Assembly (NCBI GenBank): GCA_000960865.2
Contig: JZWU02000024.1
Span: 1-22,871 of the forward strand
From: Vulcanisaeta sp. AZ3
GTDB taxonomy: Archaea; Thermoproteota; Thermoprotei; Thermoproteales; Thermocladiaceae
Reading direction: 5' to 3'
DNA: 22,871 bases
A model generated the notes under the pieces. The model was not told where the DNA came from. It searched no databases and saw only the letters and a program-made list of their open reading frames with translations. Position 1 is the stretch's first letter. Each line of letters starts with the position of its first letter. This document shows positions 8,167 through 16,669 of this stretch, piece after piece. Made by a program: the position numbers and the translations under genes.

Positions 8167-8886
8167 TCAGTATCCTCTTTTAAATATCATCATTAGATAG
8201 TTATATGTGCTCTCTATATTGAAGTTATTCCTTACAAAATCCCTAAAGTCATCATACCTCCTATAAAACTCATTACTTAACCCCTTGATAGTGTTATCCC
8301 ATAATGATCTGCCTAGGCCCTTATTGCCCGCTATCTCTATACTTAATGGTACATCGAGTGCTAATGCTGTAACTGCGCAATCAATGGTTGATTGGCATGC
8401 CAGGATTAGGTTTCTCATTTCATCAATATTGTATGCATTGATTAGGTATTGTGTTAATGTTTGTGAACTGGCGATTACAAAATCTATGGTTCGTTTAAGT
8501 AATGCCAGTGATACTCTATATACAAGCTCATCGTTTATACTAGGTGGTGGGTTCCATATACTTATGAGTGTTGGGTCATCCATAATCTTTACAAGGGCTG
8601 CCTCACGCAGTACCACGATTCTCGCTTCATCATAATTCAATGAGAGTAGTTTGTTCGGTATTACGGATATTATATTAATATCATCAAGTCTTATATACTT
8701 AATGGGCCATTCCTCGTGATGAACGGTTTCTAATCCAAGTACTTCTCTTACCTTATTATGATCGTCAGTTATGTAAATTATTAACCCTCTATCTGATATA
8801 TTGAGTTCTGCCAATGCCCACTTGATAAGTGCCTCGATGGCATTTAATTCGTTGGTTGATGTATTTACTAATTGCATAATCTCCAT
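8167..8886 (-). CDS. Hypothetical protein, possible inactive zincin-fold protein
   Basis: 239-aa ORF with native-looking composition. DEARIVVLREAALVK aligns in register with the HtpX-type DELEAVLAHELSHIK. Confidence 0.7.
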   Translation of the reverse strand: MEIMQLVNTSTNELNAIEALIKWALAELNISDRGLIIYITDDHNKVREVLGLETVHHEEWPIKYIRLDDINIISVIPNKLLSLNYDEARIVVLREAALVKIMDDPTLISIWNPPPSINDELVYRVSLALLKRTIDFVIASSQTLTQYLINAYNIDEMRNLILACQSTIDCAVTALALDVPLSIEIAGNKGLGRSLWDNTIKGLSNEFYRRYDDFRDFVRNNFNIESTYNYLMMIFKRGY

Positions 8887-9034
8887 AAGTCAAATTCATA
8901 ACATGCTGTATCATACCCTTATAAATTATTCTGATTAGGAGCAATTAACAGTATGAGGAACTATTGCATTTCCTTAATATTAAGCAACTCAAAATTTAAT
9001 TAATACAACTAAGAATCTTAAACAGAGGTAAAAA

Positions 9035-9042
9035 CTTAAAAG
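9035..9042 (+). promoter_or_regulatory. TATA-like box for the radical SAM gene
   Basis: CTTAAAAG preceded by a purine-rich BRE-like GGTAAAAA, ending about 25 nt before ATG 9067. Confidence 0.45.
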
Positions 9043-9066
9043 TAATTTGTCCTTCGCTTCAGCTTA

Positions 9067-10692
9067 ATGGTATTACCAAAATACGATGTAATATTAACAA
9101 CAGATCGTTCAATGATGAGTAATTATCATGGTAAGGAATTCCTGGGTTTTGTAACCACAGGGCCCCTATTCATGACCGTTGGGCCGTTTAAAAAGCTTGG
9201 TGAGTGGATTCATGAGTATATAGCAATGCCTAAGATGAAGGTTGATAAGTATGGTAGGCCTTACCAAGCCCCCTATGGCATGAGGAAGATCGAGGCTGCT
9301 CTGCTTGACGCCGGTATTAACGCTGCAATAATAGATCCAGATTATGCGCATAAGTACATACCGAGTGCTAAGATCCTAATGCTCTCGCACCATGATTACT
9401 TCGGTCTTAACCCACCATCATCAACATGGTCAGCAATAGTGGGTAGGGAGTCTTTGAATGCATACTCCTTTAGGAAATTCATGATGAGGATTAGACCTTA
9501 CGTCATGGAAGCTAAGGAGAAAAGTAATTTGAAGGTCATCATCGGCGGACCATCAGCATGGCAGTGGCTCTACCTACCTGAGCTTATGAGTTTTCTAGGT
9601 GTCGATACAGTCTTTGATGGGGAAGGCGAGAAGTTAGTCGTCGACTTAGTGAAGAGAATTCTAAATAATGAACCTGTACCTCGATATGTATATGTGGGCG
9701 TGAATGATGTTCCAAGCATTGATGAAATACCAACTATCAAGTATCCTGCAGTTAATGGTTTTGTGGAGATTGGTAGGGGTTGCCCAAGAGGCTGTGCCTT
9801 TTGTTCAGTTACACTTAGGCCACTTAGGTGGTATCCTCTTGAGAAGATTGAGGAGGAGTTGAAGTTGCATGTTAGGTATGGGATAGTTCATGGATTAATA
9901 CACTCTGATGATATTCCATTGTACGGTTCACATGGTGTTGAATTGAACCCTGACAAGTTAATAAAGCTTCACCAACTTATTAAGAGGTACTACTTAACAA
10001 TAGCCTGGAGCCATACAACGTTAGCTTCTATACTCCTAGCCGAGAAGAAATACGATAAGTTGGCCACCAAGATTGCCGAGATAATAGAGGATGAACACCA
10101 GGAATATTGGGGGGCTCAGGTTGGTCTGGAGACTGGTTCAAGGAGGTTGGCAAAGGCAATAATGCCTGGTAAGGCTTCACCTTTTAAGATTGAGGATTGG
10201 TGGGATGTGGTTGAGGAGTCTTTAGGTGTGATGCATGACATTAAGTTAATACCAGCATTAACAGTCATTGTTGGCTTGCCGGGTGAGTCGAAGGACGATG
10301 TTATGGAGACCATAGAACTACTCGATAGGATTAAGCCCTATAGAAGCTTGGTGGTGCCTATGTTCTACGTTCCGATGAATCACATAAGGGCTGAGAAGGA
10401 TGGTTGGATAATAAAGTATAACTTAATGCCCGAGCACATAGAGCTTCTCAAGAAGATGTTTGAGCATAGCATCTATTGGGCTAAGGACATAGTGAACCAC
10501 TTCTATATCAAAGGTCCGCAGTACTGGCCAGTTAGGGCTGCAGTTAATTACTTCATTAATTACGTGGAGAGGAGGGTAAGATCAATGTATGATAAGCTAG
10601 ATCAAATAGCCGCTGAGATCGAAAATAAGAGGTTAGTCACGAAAGTCGAGGCACCAAAGCTCATGGAGCTATTCGGCTCTTCAAATGAGTAA
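9067..10692 (+). CDS. grsB: B12-binding radical SAM protein, probable GDGT ring synthase (Grs family, GrsB-like)
   Basis: CPRGCAFC radical SAM motif, N-terminal cobalamin-binding-like region (IIGGPSAW, DGEGE), GLETGS and IVGLPGE. The segments ILTTDRS..HGKEFLGF, QAPYGMRKIEA and HHDYFG..PPSSTW resemble Sulfolobales Grs proteins as I recall them. Radical SAM call is firm; Grs and the A-versus-B assignment are unverified. Confidence 0.65.
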   Translation: MVLPKYDVILTTDRSMMSNYHGKEFLGFVTTGPLFMTVGPFKKLGEWIHEYIAMPKMKVDKYGRPYQAPYGMRKIEAALLDAGINAAIIDPDYAHKYIPSAKILMLSHHDYFGLNPPSSTWSAIVGRESLNAYSFRKFMMRIRPYVMEAKEKSNLKVIIGGPSAWQWLYLPELMSFLGVDTVFDGEGEKLVVDLVKRILNNEPVPRYVYVGVNDVPSIDEIPTIKYPAVNGFVEIGRGCPRGCAFCSVTLRPLRWYPLEKIEEELKLHVRYGIVHGLIHSDDIPLYGSHGVELNPDKLIKLHQLIKRYYLTIAWSHTTLASILLAEKKYDKLATKIAEIIEDEHQEYWGAQVGLETGSRRLAKAIMPGKASPFKIEDWWDVVEESLGVMHDIKLIPALTVIVGLPGESKDDVMETIELLDRIKPYRSLVVPMFYVPMNHIRAEKDGWIIKYNLMPEHIELLKKMFEHSIYWAKDIVNHFYIKGPQYWPVRAAVNYFINYVERRVRSMYDKLDQIAAEIENKRLVTKVEAPKLMELFGSSNE

Positions 10693-10699
10693 TGCCGCA

Positions 10700-11257
10700 T
10701 TAATTAATTGCTTTATTCGTTTTTATTAGTTCCCTCATCTTGAGTACTTCCTGGTTTGTGAATACAATACTTGCTTCATTTGTATTCAGGTTTCTAAACG
10801 CTTCAAGGTTCTCCCATGGATAAATTATATAAGCCCAAGTGGTCCACATATAGACATAATAATTAGGTGCAAACTTACTTGATAACGCCTTATAATCGAG
10901 AACAGCCGTCTTAACATTCCTAGCTCCTAATCTGATCAATTCATCCTTAGCAATTTTAAGCGTTATACCAGTATCAGCAACATCATCAACAAGCAATACG
11001 TTTAATCCATCAACATTAATCACCGGTCTATACCTAATTGTTGCATCATTATTGGCCCTTCCAAAACCCCAATGAGCTATTCGCATAAGATCCACCGGTA
11101 CACTTAACATATCCGAGATTAAAGATGCGATAATAACACCACCCTTGGATATACCAATAATAATATCTGGTTGATAATGGTCTCTCAAGATATCCTGAAC
11201 CAACTTAAGAGTCCCTCTTTCAATATCTTCCCATCCGTACCGATGATAGCTTACCAT
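10700..11257 (-). CDS. Type I phosphoribosyltransferase (purine salvage, HGPRT/XGPRT-like)
   Basis: PDIIIGISKGG, PRPP motif VLLVDDVADTGITL and C-terminal IIYPWE. Confidence 0.9.
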   Translation of the reverse strand: MVSYHRYGWEDIERGTLKLVQDILRDHYQPDIIIGISKGGVIIASLISDMLSVPVDLMRIAHWGFGRANNDATIRYRPVINVDGLNVLLVDDVADTGITLKIAKDELIRLGARNVKTAVLDYKALSSKFAPNYYVYMWTTWAYIIYPWENLEAFRNLNTNEASIVFTNQEVLKMRELIKTNKAIN

Positions 11258-11279
11258 TATACCTCGTAGGGGAGGTGTA

Positions 11280-11287
11280 TTTATAAA
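11280..11287 (-). promoter_or_regulatory. TATA box (TTTATAAA) for the PRTase
   Basis: Consensus archaeal TATA 23-30 nt upstream of ATG 11257. Confidence 0.55.
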
Positions 11288-11545
11288 CCAATTGTTTCAC
11301 GAATAAGCACAGTAATTAGATATCCTTACACAGTTTGTTCGGGGACGCCTTCCAATGTTCTATCAATTGACTCGCCTAATATTTTTCCGTGGGTTATAGG
11401 CAGTTGTTATTAGTGATTAACATTTTCTTCGCAAACTTCTACCTAAACCAAAATCACCACCAATTCATTAATTCAAAACCATAACGCAAATGCCTCCGCC
11501 TCACTCTAGAAAGCCTTTAGTATTTGTTGCGCTTGATATAATTAG

Positions 11546-12064
11546 ATGGTTAACTACAACCAAATCCTTATATATGTCGGGATTGCATTGATAATAGTTT
11601 CAATACTAATTATTTACTATTCTAATAATTTATCATCAATATCATACAATAACGTAAATGCAACAACATGCACTAAAGTATTAAGTAACATAATAAGTGG
11701 TCCATTAACGAGCAATAGATTAAAGAGCTTAATAGGGCAATTAGGGCGGTTATTCCTAATCTCCATAGAGGTAAGAATTAATTATGCCAACGGCTCAAGC
11801 ATAAAGTATGGTAGTTACATACCCATAGGACCCTCCGGGGTTTTCGTGACACCAACAACCTCAGGAAATATCGAGATCCTTGGTAGCTCTGAATGTTCCT
11901 ATATTGGTGATAATTATGTAGTTAGCGTCTTCATAGGCGAATATCCACAATCTCTTTATTCATTTAGTATTGGTATTGCTTTATTATTCATGGGCTTTGT
12001 ATTAATAGCTCTTGGTGATTATCTTAGGGATAGATCAAATAGGCGTAAGGTATTTGTCAAATAA
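11546..12064 (+). CDS. Hypothetical 2-TM membrane protein with an extracytoplasmic Ser/Asn-rich domain
   Basis: N- and C-terminal hydrophobic helices, a basic C-terminal tail, sequons NLS, NAT and NGS, and two Cys in the loop. Confidence 0.75.
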   Translation: MVNYNQILIYVGIALIIVSILIIYYSNNLSSISYNNVNATTCTKVLSNIISGPLTSNRLKSLIGQLGRLFLISIEVRINYANGSSIKYGSYIPIGPSGVFVTPTTSGNIEILGSSECSYIGDNYVVSVFIGEYPQSLYSFSIGIALLFMGFVLIALGDYLRDRSNRRKVFVK

Positions 12065-12108
12065 TCATGGGCTTAATTCTATACTATTTATTGACTATAG
12101 AGCAAAGA

Positions 12109-12116
12109 TTTATTAA
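12109..12116 (+). promoter_or_regulatory. TATA box for the stomatin-nfeD operon
   Basis: TTTATTAA preceded by AAAGA, ending 25 nt before ATG 12141. Confidence 0.5.
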
Positions 12117-12140
12117 ACCAAGCTCTGGATAACATATAAT

Positions 12141-12980
12141 ATGTATTTACCGCTTCAGATATTGCTTCAGATGAGCACGGCTTTGATGATACTTATTGTT
12201 GTATTGACAATAATACTGCTAATAATAGTTATAGCATTACTGGCATACTCAATCAGGATTGTCCCGGAATACCAGAGAATTGTTAAGCTAAGGCTTGGTA
12301 AGTTTAAAGGTATTTACGGACCGGGCATTGTGTTCATTATACCAGTGATCGATAGACCAATAACAGTTGACCTCAGAGTCCTCTCTGTAGATCTATCAAG
12401 CCAGAGGGCCTTAACTAAGGATAATGTTGAGGTCTCGATAGACGCTGCTGTATACATGAGGGTTATTGATGCATCTAAAGCCGTGCTATCTGTGACAGAT
12501 TATAGAAATGCCACGGTCACCCTAGGCGCTGCGGTCCTTAGGGACGTGATTGGCATGGTGGATCTAGACACATTACTAACCCAGAGGGAGGAGGTTGCTA
12601 AGAGAATTGCTTCGATAATTGATGAGCATGTGAGTCCATGGGGTGTTAAGGTCACGGCAGTGGCAATAAAGGACATAAAACTACCAGATACTCTAGTCAG
12701 GGCTATGGCAGCTCAAGCCGAGGCGGAAAGAATGAGAAGGGCTAAGGTTATCCTGGCCCAGGCTGATTATGAGGCATCGCAAATGTATCTTAAGGCTGCC
12801 GAGACATATGTGAAGAACTCCATATCTTTATCCCTAAGGCAGTTAGATACGTTGTTAGAGGTTGCGAAGGAGCACAACTTAATACTTGTTGTGCCTAGTT
12901 CTCTCGAGGTCACGTCACTATCAGCATTAGCAGCTGCAATGTTTAAACGTTCTCAAGAGGGTCAAGGGTCAGAGCGCTAG
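12141..12980 (+). CDS. SPFH/band 7 stomatin-like (slipin) protein
   Basis: N-terminal hydrophobic segment, RLG..GPG..IIPVID, TKDNV, LRDVIG, WGVKV and AMAAQAEAER..RAK coiled coil. Confidence 0.95.
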   Translation: MYLPLQILLQMSTALMILIVVLTIILLIIVIALLAYSIRIVPEYQRIVKLRLGKFKGIYGPGIVFIIPVIDRPITVDLRVLSVDLSSQRALTKDNVEVSIDAAVYMRVIDASKAVLSVTDYRNATVTLGAAVLRDVIGMVDLDTLLTQREEVAKRIASIIDEHVSPWGVKVTAVAIKDIKLPDTLVRAMAAQAEAERMRRAKVILAQADYEASQMYLKAAETYVKNSISLSLRQLDTLLEVAKEHNLILVVPSSLEVTSLSALAAAMFKRSQEGQGSER

Positions 12981-12997
12981 CAGGGTTAGTGGGGATT

Positions 12998-14332
12998 ATG
13001 GCGTCAAAATCAGCATCAATATTAATCGCCATTATTGGCTTAATTCTATTATTATTTACGGCGGTGTTACATGCAGCATCAAGTAATGTGTATGTTATTC
13101 ATGAGGTTTACGTATTTAACCTTAATGGTGAGATTACGGGCGTAACATACTCAGAACTTGATAATGCGCTGAATATTGCTGAAACAACACCAAATTCAGC
13201 ATTACTAATAATATTCAAAACACCAGGCGGTGAATTAGATGCAGCGTTAAACATAGTATCGGCCATCGAAAATGCTAAGGTACCAGTCATAGGCTTCGTA
13301 TACCCTAGGGGTTCCTATGCCTGGTCAGCAGGTACCCTAATCTTGTTGTCGACTACGATGGCCGCCATGGCTCCAGGTACAGTAATAGGTTCCTGTCAGC
13401 CTGTGGAGATTAACCCAATAACTGGGCAGGAGATCTTCATAAACGAGAGCAAGATACTTAATGCTATAAGTCAATACTTCGTTGAAGTTGCAGAGCTTAG
13501 GGGTAGGAATGCCACCTTTGCCCATGACTGCGTCTTCTATAATACCAATTTGGGGCCCTATGAGGCCCTTAAGTATGGGGTCATAAATTTCATAGCCAAT
13601 GATCCTTACTCACTACTTAATGAGATTAATGGTAGCACCATAAATGGTGTGACCTATTACATAGTTAACCCAGTAATTACGTATTACCAACCAGGCATTG
13701 GTTACCAGGTCTATGAGGTGCTAATAAACCCTATAATACAGGACATTCTTGGAGGCCTAGGGCTTTTATTAGCAATTATTGGCTTCGTAACGAGACATTA
13801 CTACTTAGCCGGTGTTGGCGCATTGCTCATGTTTTTACCACTATTGGCAGGCCTGCCAATTAATTGGTTAGGACTTGCCCTACTGATAATTGGCTTAGCC
13901 GCTATAGCAATAGATGCACATGCTGGTTTCACAACCCACGCCTCACTATTCATCGCCGGTCTTGTACTAAGCGCTCTAGGCATTGTACTTCTACAGCCAA
14001 CCTATACTCCTCCATCATGGTTAATAGCAACGAGCCAGATAGAGGCTAGGGTGGTTCTATACGTATTATTAGCCTTCGCCGGGGGTCTTAGCGGCTTCAT
14101 CGCGTCTAAGATTATTGGCATAATAAGAGCTAGGCCTATATCGGAGAAGCTCTTCTGGCCTGTTAATGATGTGGGGGTTGCAGTTGATGATATTGCAAAG
14201 GATGATGTTGGTTATGTTAGGGTTAGGGGTGAGTATTGGAGAGCTAGAGCCATTGATAGCATTAGGAGGGGCTCTAAGGTCCTTGTTGTGGGCGTTGAGG
14301 GCGATATGCTTATCGTGAGGTCATTAAAGTAA
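12998..14332 (+). CDS. nfeD: NfeD long-form membrane serine protease (stomatin operon partner)
   Basis: Signal peptide; ClpP-like domain with TPGG, AWSAG (Ser) and SKILN (Lys); multi-TM region; C-terminal OB fold GYVRVRGEYWRARA. ATG 12998 follows an SD-like GTGGGG. Confidence 0.92.
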   Translation: MASKSASILIAIIGLILLLFTAVLHAASSNVYVIHEVYVFNLNGEITGVTYSELDNALNIAETTPNSALLIIFKTPGGELDAALNIVSAIENAKVPVIGFVYPRGSYAWSAGTLILLSTTMAAMAPGTVIGSCQPVEINPITGQEIFINESKILNAISQYFVEVAELRGRNATFAHDCVFYNTNLGPYEALKYGVINFIANDPYSLLNEINGSTINGVTYYIVNPVITYYQPGIGYQVYEVLINPIIQDILGGLGLLLAIIGFVTRHYYLAGVGALLMFLPLLAGLPINWLGLALLIIGLAAIAIDAHAGFTTHASLFIAGLVLSALGIVLLQPTYTPPSWLIATSQIEARVVLYVLLAFAGGLSGFIASKIIGIIRARPISEKLFWPVNDVGVAVDDIAKDDVGYVRVRGEYWRARAIDSIRRGSKVLVVGVEGDMLIVRSLK

Positions 14333-14372
14333 CTAACGTTTATTAATCCAACTCTCTCACATATTACTAATC

Positions 14373-15104
14373 ATGTCCATGGGGTATGAAGTTAAACCTA
14401 GGCTTAGTGTTAGGTTCGCACTGCCCGTTAATATTTTCCTATTCATTGGATTCCTGATAATCTCACCTCTTCTCCTATTCCTATTCTTGGTCCTAGTTAG
14501 CATAGGCATAAACCCACTGCTCGCATTGACCTTAACACTTGGTTCTCTACTAATGAGTCCGGTAAATATAACGGTGGCGGAAGTTACTTATTACCTACCA
14601 TTTACGCCATTCGCGGACCTAATGAAGTTATTCCCATTACCATTCATTATACAGAGGGTTGATAAGTTATTTCTGGAGTTGAACATTGGCGGTGCAGTAA
14701 TACCGTTAGCTACATCAATATATTTAATACTAATGTACCTAGTACATAACCTATATGCGCTTACTTTCTTCCTTGTCTCGCTAATTGCATCATCGTTAGT
14801 AATACGAGTCTCCTCAAGGATAATACCCAATATAGGCATCACATTACCAACAACCCTACCCGTGCTTCTAACCCTAATATTTACACTAATCAGCACAATA
14901 ACACTCCACGTAAACCCACTGGCATTTTCATACAGTCTCGGCTCACTATCAACATTAATAGGTGCTGACTTACTAAACATTAAGAGGGTTATTAGGATGA
15001 TGAGGGGTTATGTAGCCATTGGTGGTGCAGGTGTCTTTGATGGTATATACATCACAGGCCTCGTATCATTAATATTTGCATCATTGTATAAAATCCTCAT
15101 TTAA
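14373..15104 (+). CDS. DUF1614 family integral membrane protein
   Basis: LGS..N, LNIGGAVIP, GSLSTLIGADLLN and IGGAGVFDGIY are DUF1614 motifs. Own TATA-like TTTATTAA at about 14339-14346. Confidence 0.85.
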   Translation: MSMGYEVKPRLSVRFALPVNIFLFIGFLIISPLLLFLFLVLVSIGINPLLALTLTLGSLLMSPVNITVAEVTYYLPFTPFADLMKLFPLPFIIQRVDKLFLELNIGGAVIPLATSIYLILMYLVHNLYALTFFLVSLIASSLVIRVSSRIIPNIGITLPTTLPVLLTLIFTLISTITLHVNPLAFSYSLGSLSTLIGADLLNIKRVIRMMRGYVAIGGAGVFDGIYITGLVSLIFASLYKILI

Positions 15105-15150
15105 TAAATCACGGAAGCTTTTAATTCTGGTAGCGATTACTTTATGCGTG

Positions 15151-15819
15151 ATGAATTACAGGTCTACGGATAAAGGTGAAGACAAGCCATGGGCTGAGAG
15201 GGTTAAGGCTGTGGTATTTGACTTAGATGGTACGTTAGTGGATACCGTGCCTCTTCATATACAATCCTGGATAGAGACCTGTAGAAGATTAGGATTTCCT
15301 GCACCAACCGTTGATTACGTCTCAACGTTGATGGGACTCAGAGCATTAGACATTGCAGCGAGACTCTGTGGTAGTGAGAATGCGGAGAGGGCACTTAATA
15401 TGAAGAATGAGATTTACCTATCACTTCTAGATAATGTAAAGTCTATTGATAATGCCCCTTATGTAATGAGGATTCTCAAAGAGAGGGGTCTCCTAATAGG
15501 TATTGTTACGTCCAGCTCAAGGCACGTTGCGGTGAAAGTTCTCGAAATCACGGGACTGCTTAAGTATGTTGATGCCTTAGTGGCTGGAGATGATGTTAAT
15601 GTGGGTAAACCAAACCCAGAGCCCTTGATTAAGCTCCTAAGGATTCTTAAGCTTGGTATTAATGATGTAGTTGTGGTTGGCGATTCTAAGTATGATGCTG
15701 AGATGGCAATAAATGCTGGGGTACGCATAGTTTTCATACTTAGTGATTCTCAAGATCCATGGGTAATACCCATTAGAAGTTTGACTGATCTTCTCAAATT
15801 AATGCACTTTGGTTTCTAA
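15151..15819 (+). CDS. HAD subfamily IA phosphatase
   Basis: FDLDGTLVD, IVTSS, GKPNPE and VGDSKYD..MA..AG. Start reassigned to ATG 15151 to avoid overlap with DUF1614. Confidence 0.9.
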   Translation: MNYRSTDKGEDKPWAERVKAVVFDLDGTLVDTVPLHIQSWIETCRRLGFPAPTVDYVSTLMGLRALDIAARLCGSENAERALNMKNEIYLSLLDNVKSIDNAPYVMRILKERGLLIGIVTSSSRHVAVKVLEITGLLKYVDALVAGDDVNVGKPNPEPLIKLLRILKLGINDVVVVGDSKYDAEMAINAGVRIVFILSDSQDPWVIPIRSLTDLLKLMHFGF

Positions 15820-15862
15820 TTGGGCAATAATTTTATTAATCTTCTATAAGCAATCATTAACA

Positions 15863-16669
15863 ATGGCATTTATGTCGCAAGGAGAAATTGTAGGTATAGC
15901 CATAATTATAGTGGTTATTATTGCCATAATAATGGCCGTACTATATAGGTTAGGATATTTAGGAAGTAAGCGAGGAAGGAGTGAGGATGATGGCAAAAGT
16001 GAGCCAAAGAAAGCGTCTCAACTAACCTCACAATACGTATCAAGCTTACAACCAAGCACTCCGTCTCAACCCACCACTAGAGAAGTGCCTGCAGGGCAAG
16101 GGGAGAGGGCGGTTCTCATTGAGAGTAGGCCTCTTGAGGTTAGACCGGTTCAGAAACCCGAGAGATCTATGGATATTGAGAGGATTGAGAGAATTATTAA
16201 AGATATTGAAAATGAGTTAACACAAGTAATTAAGCAGTCATCAATGGATGCAGCAGACTTACTGCTTACAAGAATAGGCGAGTTGAGGAGTTATATTGAT
16301 AAATTAGTAAGTCAATGCACCATGCAATACCCACCTTTCGTGCAAACAGGCTACATACCATCAAGTACATTAGAGTTTAAGGAATTATTCGGGGCGTCCT
16401 TCGTGGGGCTGTTAAGAAATAATGAGATGCTTGAGTATGTAGGTGAGCCTAATCCTGATTATGACTTCTTAAAATCCTTACTTAGCCATAATACAGACTT
16501 CGTAGTTATATACTATGAGGGTAAGTACTTATATTTAATCAAATATAATAACTACTCTCTAGCATTAGCCACAGAGAATTATCTTGATCCAATGAGTGGT
16601 GGCTTACTGAAATTATTGTTTAGAAGATTCGTTGACGAAATATTAACTCAACAAGGTCAATCTACCTAA
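15863..16669 (+). CDS. Hypothetical single-TM protein: TM anchor, disordered linker, coiled coil, C-terminal roadblock/profilin-like domain (putative)
   Basis: Hydrophobic N-terminal helix followed by basic residues, S/P/Q/T-rich linker, heptad IERIERIIKDIENELTQVI and an alpha/beta C-terminal domain. TATA TTTTATTAA at about 15830-15839 supports ATG 15863. Confidence 0.7.
   Translation: MAFMSQGEIVGIAIIIVVIIAIIMAVLYRLGYLGSKRGRSEDDGKSEPKKASQLTSQYVSSLQPSTPSQPTTREVPAGQGERAVLIESRPLEVRPVQKPERSMDIERIERIIKDIENELTQVIKQSSMDAADLLLTRIGELRSYIDKLVSQCTMQYPPFVQTGYIPSSTLEFKELFGASFVGLLRNNEMLEYVGEPNPDYDFLKSLLSHNTDFVVIYYEGKYLYLIKYNNYSLALATENYLDPMSGGLLKLLFRRFVDEILTQQGQST

Noticed and set aside
8167-8193. Minus-strand AUGAUGA-N16-CUGA resembling C and D boxes of a C/D guide sRNA
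   Set aside because: Only one box pair, with no C'/D' partner. The spacer is AT-rich, and the motif is explained by the codons Met-Met and the TGA stop.
11356-11400. 14-codon plus-strand ORF MFYQLTRLIFFRGL in the long gap
   Set aside because: Too short, with no convincing promoter or SD; expected by chance.
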